Positions 1 through 10,369 of a stretch of DNA of 64,000 bases are shown here, piece by piece. The DNA comes from an uncultured Pelagibacteraceae bacterium (GTDB taxonomy: Bacteria > Pseudomonadota > Alphaproteobacteria > Pelagibacterales > Pelagibacteraceae), in contig CACGMR010000002.1 in NCBI GenBank assembly GCA_902574215.1, forward strand, positions 16,693-80,692, given 5' to 3'. Below the pieces are notes generated by a model, which saw only the letters and a program-made list of their open reading frames with translations, made no database searches and was not told where the DNA came from. The position numbers and the translations under genes are program-made. Positions within the stretch are counted from its first letter, which is position 1. Each line of letters opens with the position of its first letter.

Positions 1-277
1 TGTTTTATCTGTTATCCCATTTGAAACAGAAGAAGAGGCAATTAAAATTGCAAATGATACTTCTTATGGATTAACGAACTACATCCAAACCCAAGACTCA
101 GAAAAAGTTCAAAGAGTTGCTAGAAAATTAAGATCTGGAATGGTGGATGTTAACGGAGCTGGTATTGCAGTTGATGCACCATTTGGAGGTTTTAAACACT
201 CTGGAATAGGTAGAGAAGCAGGTGAACACGGCCTTGAGGAATTTTTAGAGGTAAAAGCTGTAGGTGGTTGGAGTTAA
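1..277 (+). CDS. Aldehyde dehydrogenase, C-terminal fragment (5' end outside the window)
   Basis: Frame 2 reads VLSVIPFETEEEAIKIANDTSYGL...APFGGFKHSGIGREAGEHGLEEFLEVKAVGGWS*, a classic ALDH C-terminus. Not in the ORF track. Confidence 0.9.
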   Translation, partial: VLSVIPFETEEEAIKIANDTSYGLTNYIQTQDSEKVQRVARKLRSGMVDVNGAGIAVDAPFGGFKHSGIGREAGEHGLEEFLEVKAVGGWS

Positions 278-1452
278 TTTACTGATTTATCTTTTACACC
301 TTCTAAAAACTTAAGGCATTTTTTCATTTCATTTAATTCTATAAACTCATCAATTTTGTGAGCTTGTTCTATAGACCCAGGTCCACAAACAACTGTACTG
401 ATACCTAATTCTTGAAATAAACCAGCCTCTGTTCCAAAAGACACTACTTCTCTAGAATTATCACCAGTTATATTTGATACAAATTCACATGCCTCAGACT
501 CATCCAATCTATTAAACCCAACAACTTCACCTATCACTTCTTTTTTAATATAAGAATCTGGAAATACTTTCTTCATTTCTGGTAAGAGTATTTCATTTGC
601 ATATTTATCAATTTCATTTGTTACAAATTCTCCATCCTCTTTAATAACTGGCCTTGTTTCCCATTCAACGCTACATTTGTCTGCAATGACATTATGAGCA
701 ATACCACCTTTAATACCTCCAATTGATAAAGTTGAATGTGGAGGATCAAAAATACTATTTTCTTTTACTCTTTTTTTTAATTGTTCTCTTATTTCCAAAA
801 GTTTTCCAACATACCTTGCAGCATATTCAGCAGCATTTACTCCTAAATGTGGTTTTGAACTATGTCCTGCGAGTCCTCCAAAGTGAACTGTGTATTCGTT
901 CATACCTTTGTGAGCATCTATAATTTTCATTGTAGTTGGTTCACCAATTATACAAATTCCATTTTTGATATCTCTTTTTTTCAATTCTTCTATTAACAAT
1001 GGAGCTCCAATACATGCTGTCTCTTCATCAAAGGTGTAACAGAAATGTAAGTCTCTATCTAAATTACTTTCTTTGAATATAGGCGCATAAGCAAGTGTAC
1101 ATGCGATAAAACCTTTCATGTCACATGAGCCTCTTCCATATAATTTATCATTTTTAATAGTTGCAACAAATGGATCGCTACTCCAACCTTTAGATACAGG
1201 AACCACATCAGTGTGCCCAGATAATATAATTGGTTTTTTTTTGCTTTGATTTTTTGCTTTTAGAGTTCCAAAAAGATTTACTCTTTTTTTATCATTATCA
1301 TAAACTTTGAAAGTATCTATTCCGATTTTATTTAAAATTTTTTCACAATAATCAATCAAATTACTGTTATCTTGACCTGAGATAGTTTTAAATGCGATTA
1401 AGTCAGTTAAAATCTTGATTGATTTTTCATATAAATTGTTATCTATACTCAT
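274..1452 (-). CDS. argE: Acetylornithine deacetylase, M20 family
   Basis: SGHTDVVP, GRGSCDMKGF, DEE, GEPT, GTEAG and AHKIDE metal-binding motifs. Confidence 0.85.
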   Translation of the reverse strand: MSIDNNLYEKSIKILTDLIAFKTISGQDNSNLIDYCEKILNKIGIDTFKVYDNDKKRVNLFGTLKAKNQSKKKPIILSGHTDVVPVSKGWSSDPFVATIKNDKLYGRGSCDMKGFIACTLAYAPIFKESNLDRDLHFCYTFDEETACIGAPLLIEELKKRDIKNGICIIGEPTTMKIIDAHKGMNEYTVHFGGLAGHSSKPHLGVNAAEYAARYVGKLLEIREQLKKRVKENSIFDPPHSTLSIGGIKGGIAHNVIADKCSVEWETRPVIKEDGEFVTNEIDKYANEILLPEMKKVFPDSYIKKEVIGEVVGFNRLDESEACEFVSNITGDNSREVVSFGTEAGLFQELGISTVVCGPGSIEQAHKIDEFIELNEMKKCLKFLEGVKDKSVN

Positions 1453-1476
1453 AAACTTAAAACACTATATTATATT

Positions 1477-1821
1477 ATGATTAAAGAGCAAATTACCTAT
1501 AATGATTTTGATAAAGTAGATATTAGAATTGGTACTGTAATTTCTGTTAAAAAAAATGAAAAGGCTAGAAAACCTTCATTGGTTATTGAAGTTGATTTTG
1601 GAAGTGAACTTGGTATTAAGCAATCTTCAGCTCAAATTACTCACTATTATAATGAAGAGAATTTAAAAGGAAAACAAGTTATTGCTGTTTGTAATTTTCC
1701 TGAAAAAAATATTGCTGGAATAGTTTCTCAAGTATTGGTTTTAGGAGCAATTGATGCTGATGGCAAGGTTACACTTGTTCATCCCTCTCAAAAAGCAGAA
1801 AATGGATTACCAATCGCTTAG
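1477..1821 (+). CDS. csaA: tRNA-binding/secretion chaperone CsaA (Trbp111-like)
   Basis: DFDKVDIRIGTV, SSAQIT and NFPEKNIAG..SQVLVLG motifs; 114 aa. Confidence 0.88.
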   Translation: MIKEQITYNDFDKVDIRIGTVISVKKNEKARKPSLVIEVDFGSELGIKQSSAQITHYYNEENLKGKQVIAVCNFPEKNIAGIVSQVLVLGAIDADGKVTLVHPSQKAENGLPIA

Positions 1822-1823
1822 TA

Positions 1824-2417
1824 ATGCATCCTGAAATTCTTTCTATAACTTTATTTGGAATAGTTGCAGCATTTACTCCTGGACCAAATAATTTTGTTGC
1901 TTTCTATTCCGGTTTCAATTTTGGCATTCTAAGAACACTACCGCATATAATTGGTGTAACTTTAGGATTTCCTTTTTTGTTGTTATGTTTAGCTCTAGGG
2001 CTGATAAACATTTTTAAGCTTTATCCTTTAATCCAAGACATATTAAAATATTTAGGAACTCTATTTTTAATTTATTTAGCATATAAAATTTCTTTTTCAG
2101 GACCTTCTGATCAGGAAAATAAAAATAAAAATCCAATAAAGTTCCATGAAACTTTTATTTTTCAATTTTTAAATCCTAAAGGGGTTATTGCATCGATTAT
2201 TATTGTTTCTAGTTATATTAATCCAGGAGAAACCTTTGTAAGTTATACGACTCAAATTATCATTATGGCTTTAATTGTTTCGGTGACTAGCATAACTCTA
2301 TGGACTTTTTTAGGTAAATTTTTTAGGAAATTCGCGACAAATCAGAAATTTATTAATTACTTTAATTATGCTATGTCACTGCTTCTTATAACAAGCATAA
2401 TAACTTTTTATTTATAA
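1824..2417 (+). CDS. LysE/RhtB family amino-acid exporter
   Basis: TPGPNN N-terminal motif, QFLNPKG and hydrophobic helices. Confidence 0.88.
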   Translation: MHPEILSITLFGIVAAFTPGPNNFVAFYSGFNFGILRTLPHIIGVTLGFPFLLLCLALGLINIFKLYPLIQDILKYLGTLFLIYLAYKISFSGPSDQENKNKNPIKFHETFIFQFLNPKGVIASIIIVSSYINPGETFVSYTTQIIIMALIVSVTSITLWTFLGKFFRKFATNQKFINYFNYAMSLLLITSIITFYL

Positions 2418-2418
2418 T

Positions 2419-5088
2419 ATGACTCCGGGAAACAAAAATTCTTACAATTCATTAAAAAAAATTAAAGTTAATGGCAAAGAGTATAATTATTATTCTTTAA
2501 ATGAATCAGAAAAAAATGGACTTGAAGGAATAAATAAACTTCCAAAATCTCTTAAAGTTTTACTAGAAAATTTATTAAGATACGAAGACGACTTAAGTGT
2601 AAATAAATCTCAAATAGAGGCGATTAAAAATTGGCTAAAAACTAAAAAATCTAAAACTGAAATTGCATATAGACCAGCAAGAGTTTTGCTTCAAGATTAT
2701 ACAGGAATACCTGCGGTTGCAGATTTAGCTGCAATGAGAGAAGCAGTCAAAGAAAAAAATAAAGATCCAAATACAATCAATCCATTATCTACAGTTGATC
2801 TTGTAATTGATCACTCTGTACAAGTTGACCAGTCTGCAAAAGCAGATTCTTTTGAAAAAAATGTCGATATAGAATTTGAAAGAAATGGAGAGAGATATTC
2901 TTTTTTAAAATGGGGACAACAGGCATTTGATAATTTTAGAATAGTTCCACCAGGAACAGGAATTTGCCACCAAGTAAATCTAGAATATTTGTCAAAAGTT
3001 GTTTGGTCAGAAGAATTTAAAGGGGAAAAATATCTTTTTCCAGATACTTTAGTTGGAACAGACAGTCATACAACAATGGTAAATGGCTTATCTGTTTTAG
3101 GATGGGGTGTTGGAGGAATTGAAGCTGAAGCAGGAATGTTAGGTCAACCAATTTCTATGTTAATACCAGAAGTAATTGGTTTTGAAATGAAAAACAAATT
3201 GCCAGAAGGAACCACTGCAACAGATTTAGTTTTAACTGTTGTTAAAATGTTAAGAGATAAAGGAGTGGTTGGTAAGTTTGTTGAGTTTTATGGAGATGGT
3301 TTAAAAAATTTAACTCTCGCAGATAGAGCTACAATTTCAAACATGGCACCAGAATATGGTGCTACTTGTGGTTTTTTTCCTATTGATGAGGAAACATTAA
3401 AGTATTTAAAATTTTCAGGAAGAGATCAACAAACTGTTGATATCGTAGAAAGTTATGCCAAGGAACAAGGGTTATGGGCGAGTAACGAGATAGAATTTAC
3501 TGACATTATATCTTTAGATATGTCCACAGTTGTACCAACTATTTCAGGACCAAAAAGACCTCAAGACAAAGTTCTTTTAACAGATGCACCTAGTTCGTTT
3601 CAAAAAGTATTGCAGGAAGCTACAAATAAAAATGAAAAATCAATTTCAAAAGTAACAAACACAGATTATGAAATTAAAGATGGTTCAATATTAATTGCAG
3701 CAATAACATCTTGTACGAACACTTCTAATCCAAATGTTCTAATTGGGGCTGGACTATTAGCTAAAAAAGCAATTGAAAAAGGTTTACAAGTTAAACCTTG
3801 GGTAAAAACTTCTCTAGCACCTGGATCTCAGGTAGTTACAGACTATTTGGCAAAAGCTGGATTAAACACTTATTTAGATCAGCTTGGCTTTAATTTAGTT
3901 GGGTATGGCTGTACAACTTGCATTGGAAATTCAGGACCACTTCCAGAAAATATTGCAGAGGCGATCCAAAAAGAAAATATTTATGCAGTTTCAGTTTTAT
4001 CAGGAAATAGAAATTTTGAGGGAAGAATTTCTCCACATATAAAAGCTAACTATTTGGCATCACCTCCACTTGTTGTTGCATATGCAATAGCTGGGCATAT
4101 GGAAGTTGATTTATATAAAGATCCATTAGGAAAAGATAAAGAAGGAAAAAATGTATTTTTAAAAGATATTTGGCCTTCAAATAAAGAGATAGAAGATACA
4201 TTAAAAGACTCACTTAATGCTGAGATGTTTATACAACGATACTCAAATGTTTCTGAGGGCCCAACTCAATGGCAAAAAATTAAAACTGATAAAAGCAGTA
4301 TCTATAATTGGGATGAGGGATCAACATATGTAAAAAAACCTCCGTTTTTTGAATCTTTACCAGATGAACCAGAAGGATTTAAAGAAATTAAGGATGCAAG
4401 ACCATTATTAATTTTAGGCGATATGGTTACCACTGACCATATATCGCCAGCTGGTAGTATTCAAAAAGATAGTCCAACTGGTGAATATTTCATGGAACAC
4501 CAAATTTTACCTAAAGATTATAACTCATATGGTTCGAGAAGAGGTAACCATGAAGTTATGATGCGAGGAACTTTTGCAAATATAAGAATTAGAAATGAAA
4601 TGGCTCCTGGTACAGAAGGTGGTTTTACAAAGTTATATCCAGAAGAAAAAGTTCTTCCTGTCTATGATGCGGTAGTTGAATATAAAAAAAGAGGAACAGA
4701 TTTAGTTGTAATTGGTGGAAAAGAGTATGGAACTGGATCGTCTAGAGATTGGGCCGCTAAAGGAACAAAATTACTTGGGATAAAAGCAGTAATTGCTGAG
4801 AGTTTTGAAAGAATTCACCGATCTAATTTAATTGGAATGGGTATATTGCCATTACAATTTATCGATGATGTAAATAGAAAAAATCTAAAATTAATTGGTT
4901 CTGAATTAATTAGCATTCTAAATATAGAAAAAGGTGTTAATCCCTCAGATGAAGTGACAGTCGAAATTAAATATGCTTCTGGCGAAATAAAGAAAATTAA
5001 AACTTTATGCAGAATTGATACAAAAAATGAATTAGAGTATTATAAAAACGGAGGTATTCTGCAGTACGTTTTAAGGAATATGATTTAG
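2419..5088 (+). CDS. acnA: Aconitate hydratase A
   Basis: DLVIDHSVQVD, GTDSHT, ITSCTNTSNP, GYGCTTCIGNSG and YGTGSSRDWAAKG; 889 aa. Confidence 0.97.
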   Translation: MTPGNKNSYNSLKKIKVNGKEYNYYSLNESEKNGLEGINKLPKSLKVLLENLLRYEDDLSVNKSQIEAIKNWLKTKKSKTEIAYRPARVLLQDYTGIPAVADLAAMREAVKEKNKDPNTINPLSTVDLVIDHSVQVDQSAKADSFEKNVDIEFERNGERYSFLKWGQQAFDNFRIVPPGTGICHQVNLEYLSKVVWSEEFKGEKYLFPDTLVGTDSHTTMVNGLSVLGWGVGGIEAEAGMLGQPISMLIPEVIGFEMKNKLPEGTTATDLVLTVVKMLRDKGVVGKFVEFYGDGLKNLTLADRATISNMAPEYGATCGFFPIDEETLKYLKFSGRDQQTVDIVESYAKEQGLWASNEIEFTDIISLDMSTVVPTISGPKRPQDKVLLTDAPSSFQKVLQEATNKNEKSISKVTNTDYEIKDGSILIAAITSCTNTSNPNVLIGAGLLAKKAIEKGLQVKPWVKTSLAPGSQVVTDYLAKAGLNTYLDQLGFNLVGYGCTTCIGNSGPLPENIAEAIQKENIYAVSVLSGNRNFEGRISPHIKANYLASPPLVVAYAIAGHMEVDLYKDPLGKDKEGKNVFLKDIWPSNKEIEDTLKDSLNAEMFIQRYSNVSEGPTQWQKIKTDKSSIYNWDEGSTYVKKPPFFESLPDEPEGFKEIKDARPLLILGDMVTTDHISPAGSIQKDSPTGEYFMEHQILPKDYNSYGSRRGNHEVMMRGTFANIRIRNEMAPGTEGGFTKLYPEEKVLPVYDAVVEYKKRGTDLVVIGGKEYGTGSSRDWAAKGTKLLGIKAVIAESFERIHRSNLIGMGILPLQFIDDVNRKNLKLIGSELISILNIEKGVNPSDEVTVEIKYASGEIKKIKTLCRIDTKNELEYYKNGGILQYVLRNMI

Positions 5089-5090
5089 TT

Positions 5091-5736
5091 ATGGACGAAG
5101 ATTTATCAATTATAAATACCAATACCAGAAATGAAAAAATTAAGAATTTTTTTGTAAATAATAAAAGTAAAATAATTTCAGGTATAATTATTTTAATAAT
5201 TATTATATTAGGTGTTTTTAGTTACGATAAATATTTAATTAATAAAAAAAAGGATATCTCAGATAGTTATAATTCAATAATCATTGATTATTCAGAAAAA
5301 ACAAAAGAAAAAAACAGCTAGCAGTCTGATTGAAATTATAAACAAGAAAGACCCAACTTATTCACCTCTATCACTTTATTTTATCATTGATAATAATCTT
5401 GTAAGTGATCAGTCCAAAATCAATTCGTGGTTTGATATATTGATAAAAGATACTTCATTAGACAGCGAGATTAACAACTTAATTATATACAAGAAGGCAC
5501 TCTACAATGCAGATAACGCTCAAGAAAGCGAGCTTCTAAATATTTTAAATCCACTGATAAATTCAAAAAGTGTCTGGAAATCACATTCTTTATATTTAAT
5601 GGCAGAATATTTTTATGCAAATAATCAAAAACAAAAAGCTAAAGAATTTTTCAACCAAATAATAGTTTTAGAAAATTCAAATCCAGATATAAGGCTTCAA
5701 GCAGAGAAAAGATTGAACAGAGACTTGAGTGAATAA
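5091..5736 (+). pseudogene. YfgM-like membrane-anchored TPR protein split by a +1 frameshift (real lesion or sequencing error)
   Basis: ORFs 5091-5321 (N-terminal TM helix) and 5284-5736 (helical TPR-like) join in frame if the A7 run at 5308-5314 is A6 (...KTKEK/TASSL...). Lies directly upstream of a bamB-like gene. Confidence 0.7.
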
Positions 5737-7027
5737 ATTAATTTTTACTTTCATTGTATTATTTTTTCTTAATAACTGTTCATTTAACGAAAACTCCAGA
5801 ATTTGGAAAGACAAAGAAAACAATTTAGAAATAGATAAAAAAATAACAAAAGTTTTTGCAGAAGAAAATATAAGTGTTTCAGAATTTAATAGAGATTTAA
5901 AATTAGATTTATCATCAATAAAAATAAATAATAAAAAAAATGACAATCAAAATAATCTTGGTTTGCAAAATTATGAAGGTGAATTAACAAAGATTGGTAA
6001 CTTTAAATTTTCAAAGTTAGAGGAAATTAATCAATTAGATTTCGAACCGATTTTTTTGAACAATGGAATAATATTTTTTGATAAAAAAGGTTCAATTATT
6101 AGGTATGATAATAATCAGAAAGTTATTTGGAAAAAAAACCATTATTCAAAAGATGAAAAAAAATTAAAACCAAAACTTAATTTTTTAGTAGATGGACAAA
6201 ATCTTTTAGTAACTGATACTATAGCAAAATATTATTCTGTGAATATTAGTACTGGAGAATTAAATTGGTCAAAAAATAATGATTATCCATTTAATTCAAA
6301 TATTAAAAAGCATAAGGATAAAATATTTGTTATCGATTATAAAAATACATTGAGATGTTTTAAAATTAAAGATGGTTCTGAATGTTGGAATTTGCAAACA
6401 GAGGACTCATTTACAATTTCAAATATTAAATATTCTTTAATTATTTTAAACGATAATGTTATTTTTAATAATTCTATAGGAGATATTACAGCTGTAGATA
6501 TTGAAACTGGTTTAATTACATGGCAACTACCTACACAGAGCAGCTCGATAATAAATGAAACTTATAACTTTAAGACTTCTAATCTAGTATCAGATGGGAA
6601 TTCTGTATTTTTTTCAAATAATAAAAATCAGTTTTATTCAATTGATTTAAAAACAGGAACAACAAACTGGATAAATGAAGTTAATTCTAATGTAAAACCT
6701 ATTTTGGTTGGAAATCTAATTTTTACAATCTCTAATGAAGGTTATTTATATTTAATCGATAAAAATAAAGGCAATATAGTTCGAATTACAGATCTATTTC
6801 TGAATTACAAAGATAAAAAAAGAAAAAATATTTATCCAATTGGTTTTGTAATTGGAGACAAAAACGTATTTTTAACTAACTCAGATGGCAAGATGATCAT
6901 AGCCGGGATTGAGGATGGAAAAATAATAAAAATTGAAAAAGTTTCTGGTGGATTAGTTTCTGAACCGTTTATATTTAATAACAATTTATATGTAGTAAGA
7001 AATGGTTCAATTGTACAATATAACTAA
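5729..7027 (+). CDS. bamB: BamB-like PQQ-type beta-propeller lipoprotein
   Basis: Lipobox-like FLNNC and repeated (D/N)xxTGxxxW blades (NISTGELNW, DIETGLITW, DLKTGTTNW); yfgM-bamB synteny. Confidence 0.7.
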   Translation: MNKLIFTFIVLFFLNNCSFNENSRIWKDKENNLEIDKKITKVFAEENISVSEFNRDLKLDLSSIKINNKKNDNQNNLGLQNYEGELTKIGNFKFSKLEEINQLDFEPIFLNNGIIFFDKKGSIIRYDNNQKVIWKKNHYSKDEKKLKPKLNFLVDGQNLLVTDTIAKYYSVNISTGELNWSKNNDYPFNSNIKKHKDKIFVIDYKNTLRCFKIKDGSECWNLQTEDSFTISNIKYSLIILNDNVIFNNSIGDITAVDIETGLITWQLPTQSSSIINETYNFKTSNLVSDGNSVFFSNNKNQFYSIDLKTGTTNWINEVNSNVKPILVGNLIFTISNEGYLYLIDKNKGNIVRITDLFLNYKDKKRKNIYPIGFVIGDKNVFLTNSDGKMIIAGIEDGKIIKIEKVSGGLVSEPFIFNNNLYVVRNGSIVQYN

Positions 7028-7029
7028 AC

Positions 7030-7461
7030 ATGTTCTTAAAATTTTTAGAAAAAATTGGTAGAAAAAAAGTTGTATTAGATAGAGGACCTTCACATCCTAA
7101 TTTTAAAGAGGCAAAGCCTTGGATGAACCGTTACTATGTTTTGATGAGGTATCGACCTAAATGGTTTCCGTTCAATATATTAATTCATGAGATGCTAGCA
7201 GATGACCATGGAGAAGGAGTTCATAATCACACATTTCCTTATATCACTATAATTTTAAGAGGCGGTTATTGGGAAACATTAAGCACTGGTAAGTTTTGGC
7301 GTCCACCAGGGTATATTGGCTTTAGATCAGCAAATAATTTGCATCGAGTAGATTTGGAACCAGGAACCAAACCATTAACTTTATTTATCTCAGGTCCATT
7401 TGGGCTAAGGAAAGGACCAAGATCAGAGTATGGTATTGACTTTAAAACTAAAAAAAATTGA
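7030..7461 (+). CDS. Small cupin-fold hypothetical protein
   Basis: HNH...IILRGGYWE...HRVDL cupin-like metal-ligand pattern. Confidence 0.65.
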   Translation: MFLKFLEKIGRKKVVLDRGPSHPNFKEAKPWMNRYYVLMRYRPKWFPFNILIHEMLADDHGEGVHNHTFPYITIILRGGYWETLSTGKFWRPPGYIGFRSANNLHRVDLEPGTKPLTLFISGPFGLRKGPRSEYGIDFKTKKN

Positions 7462-8516
7462 TGCCAAAAAAATTTGAAAAAGAATTCATATCTTATTGTG
7501 AAAATCAAAATTTAGAAGTTAATCCTAATCAAATCAAAGTTATTAAAAAATTAGAAGATTACCATAATAGTAATTACAAATCTTTTTTTTCAAAATTATT
7601 TTCCAAACAAAAAACTAAAAAAGGATTTTATTTATATGGTGGTGTAGGGGTTGGTAAAACAATGATTTTAAACTTCTTTTATGATCATCTTGAGAAAAAA
7701 AAATTAAAAAAGCATTTTAATGAATTTATGTTAGGTTTTCATGATTTTGTCCATGAGCAAAAAGAAAAAAATGAAGAAAATGTAATCAATCAATTTGTTA
7801 AAAATTTAAAATCAAAAGCTTCTTTAATTTATTTCGATGAGTTCCAAGTAACAAATATTGTTGATGCAATGATTTTAGGAAAACTATTTGAACAAATATT
7901 TAAAGAAGATATAAAAATTATTCTTACTTCAAACACTAAAATTTCAGAACTTTATAAAGAAGGTCTTCAACGTGAACAATTTATACCTTTTATAAAAATA
8001 ATGGAATATCAATCATTTGAGTATGAATTAAAAATTGAGGATGATTATAGAAAATCTAATGATAATCAAAAACAAAGATATTTTTTTCCACTTAATCAAG
8101 AAACTAATTTTAAGATTAACAAATTTTTTAGAACCATAACAAAGGATAAAAAACAATCTTCAATAAAAATTAATGTGAAGGGAAGAGAATTTAAAATAGA
8201 AAACTTTTATGAGGGAATTGTTAGATGTGACTTTAATCAACTTTGTGATCAAAATTTAGGAGCGGAAGATTATTTAGAAATAGTTAAAAATTGTAAATTT
8301 ATGGTAATAGATCAAATACCTCAATTTAATGATGTGAATTCAAATCAACAACAACGTTTTATCACTTTTTTAGATGTAATTTATGATAAAGATATTTCAT
8401 TAGCAGTTACAGCTGATCAGAATTTAGATAAATTTACCTCTTCAAGATTGTTAGAAAAACCATTTAAACGTACCATTAGTCGTTTGTATGAACTTACATC
8501 GAAGGAGTATAATTAA
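7458..8516 (+). CDS. zapE: AFG1/ZapE family ATPase
   Basis: GFYLYGGVGVGKT Walker A, HFNEFM, YFDEFQVT Walker B and RTISRLYE. Confidence 0.9.
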   Translation: MMPKKFEKEFISYCENQNLEVNPNQIKVIKKLEDYHNSNYKSFFSKLFSKQKTKKGFYLYGGVGVGKTMILNFFYDHLEKKKLKKHFNEFMLGFHDFVHEQKEKNEENVINQFVKNLKSKASLIYFDEFQVTNIVDAMILGKLFEQIFKEDIKIILTSNTKISELYKEGLQREQFIPFIKIMEYQSFEYELKIEDDYRKSNDNQKQRYFFPLNQETNFKINKFFRTITKDKKQSSIKINVKGREFKIENFYEGIVRCDFNQLCDQNLGAEDYLEIVKNCKFMVIDQIPQFNDVNSNQQQRFITFLDVIYDKDISLAVTADQNLDKFTSSRLLEKPFKRTISRLYELTSKEYN

Positions 8517-8935
8517 TGAAACAAGAATTCTATAATCTTCAAATTAATACTAATGGTCAAAAGTTATATGAGTTTACCAATGATACAATACAGTGGATTA
8601 GTCAAAATAACTTTAAAAATGGTATTCTCAATCTAAGTTCTCAGCATACAAGTGCCTCATTAATTGTGCAAGAAAATGCAGATCCAGATGTACAAACAGA
8701 TTTAATTAATTATTTTGATAAATTGGCCCCCATGGATAAAAAGCTTTATATTCATACTATAGAGGGAAAAGATGATATGCCTGCACATATAAAATCTGCA
8801 TTAACAAATAATCAAATTTCTCTAAGCGTGAAAGATAGAGAATTATTGCTTGGAACTTGGCAGGGCATTTATTTATTTGAGCATAGATTAGAGGCTCAAA
8901 AAAGAACTATAATTCATCATTTTATTGGTGAATAA
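8516..8935 (+). CDS. yjbQ: YjbQ/UPF0047 family protein (secondary thiamine-phosphate synthase-like)
   Basis: HTSASL..QENADPDV, EGKDDMPAHIKS and LGTWQGIYLFEHR. Confidence 0.9.
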   Translation: MKQEFYNLQINTNGQKLYEFTNDTIQWISQNNFKNGILNLSSQHTSASLIVQENADPDVQTDLINYFDKLAPMDKKLYIHTIEGKDDMPAHIKSALTNNQISLSVKDRELLLGTWQGIYLFEHRLEAQKRTIIHHFIGE

Positions 8936-8943
8936 AATTAAAT

Positions 8944-10365
8944 TTATTTTTTCTTCAAAGATTGAAACGCTTCAAGAGCGGCAGCTCTAGCTTTTTCATG
9001 AACAACAATAGGGACCGGGTAATCTTTGCCAATAATTGTTTTTATAGCTTCTTGATACTTTAATTCCATTTCCCATGGTTTATGAATAAATTTATTTGGT
9101 ACATTTTTAAGTTCAGGAACCCATTTTTTTACATAAATCCCCTCTTTATCAAATTTTTCACCCTGAAGTATTGGATTGAATATTCTAAAATAAGGTGCTG
9201 CATCTGCACCACAGCCAGCAACCCATTGCCATTGAGCAACATTATTTGCTTTGTTAAAATCTAGTAGACAATTTCTAAAATGCTTCTCACCTTCAGTCCA
9301 ATTAATTCTCAAATGTTTGACTAAAAATGAACCAACAACCATTCTTATTCTATTATGCATCCATCCAGTCTCATATAATTCTCTCATACCTGCATCGACA
9401 ATAGGATAACCGGTCATTCCTTTTTTCCATGCTTTTAAGAATTTCTCATTTTTTGCCCAAGGGAATTTATCAAATTCTTTTCTAAAATTTTCTTTTAAGA
9501 ATTCAGGGAAATAATTAATTAAACTATGTGAAAACTCTCTCCAACCAAGCTCATTAATATACTTTCTATAACCAATTCCTTTTGATTTAATTTCAGAACA
9601 TTTTTTCCAAATACTGCCTACATGAATTTGGCCATGTTTAATGTAAGGAGATAATTTAGAGGTTCCTTCGATAGATGGTATATCTCGAGAAGTTCCATAA
9701 TCCTTAATTTTATTTTCAATTAAATTTTTAAGTATTTTTTTTGATTCATTTTCTGAAACTTTCCAATATTTTTCAAATTTTTTATACCAATTTTTTTTTG
9801 GTAAAATATCTATTGGTTCAATACACTTTTTAAAATATGTAATCTTTTTAATTTTCTTTTTAACAATATAATTTTTGCTTGGTGGTTGATTTAAATAAAC
9901 TTGCTCCGCATTTCTCCAAAAAGGGGTAAACACTTTAAAGGGAGTTCCATCATTTTTTGTTATCTCTTGAAATTCATTTAAAACATTTCCTTTAAAATAT
10001 TTATAATTGATTTCATTTTTAATAAAAAAGTCACGTATTTTTTTTCCTTTAGCTATAACATCTGGCTCATAAATTTTATTCCAATAAACTGAAAGCTTAT
10101 CCTTTTTATTAAATTTAGAAAAAATTTCTAATTCGTCACCTTTTACTATTTCAAGATTAATTTTATAATCTGATAATTCTTTTTTTAAAGTTTCTAGAGA
10201 TTTAAAAACCCACCATTTTTGAGCCTCTCTTTTGTTGTCAAAATCATTGTTATTATAAATATATAATGCAATTACATTATCATGATTTTGTGTAGCAAAA
10301 GATAAAGCAGGATTATTTTCAATTCTAAAATCCTCTCTAATCCAAAAAATACCTGTGCCACTCAT
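8944..10365 (-). CDS. phrB: Deoxyribodipyrimidine photolyase (class I/III CPD)
   Basis: TSKLSPYIKHG, ELGWREF, GMTGYPIVDAGMRELYETGWMHNRIRM and WQWVAGCGADAAPYFRIFNP. Confidence 0.93.
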   Translation of the reverse strand: MSGTGIFWIREDFRIENNPALSFATQNHDNVIALYIYNNNDFDNKREAQKWWVFKSLETLKKELSDYKINLEIVKGDELEIFSKFNKKDKLSVYWNKIYEPDVIAKGKKIRDFFIKNEINYKYFKGNVLNEFQEITKNDGTPFKVFTPFWRNAEQVYLNQPPSKNYIVKKKIKKITYFKKCIEPIDILPKKNWYKKFEKYWKVSENESKKILKNLIENKIKDYGTSRDIPSIEGTSKLSPYIKHGQIHVGSIWKKCSEIKSKGIGYRKYINELGWREFSHSLINYFPEFLKENFRKEFDKFPWAKNEKFLKAWKKGMTGYPIVDAGMRELYETGWMHNRIRMVVGSFLVKHLRINWTEGEKHFRNCLLDFNKANNVAQWQWVAGCGADAAPYFRIFNPILQGEKFDKEGIYVKKWVPELKNVPNKFIHKPWEMELKYQEAIKTIIGKDYPVPIVVHEKARAAALEAFQSLKKK

Positions 10366-10369
10366 TAGT

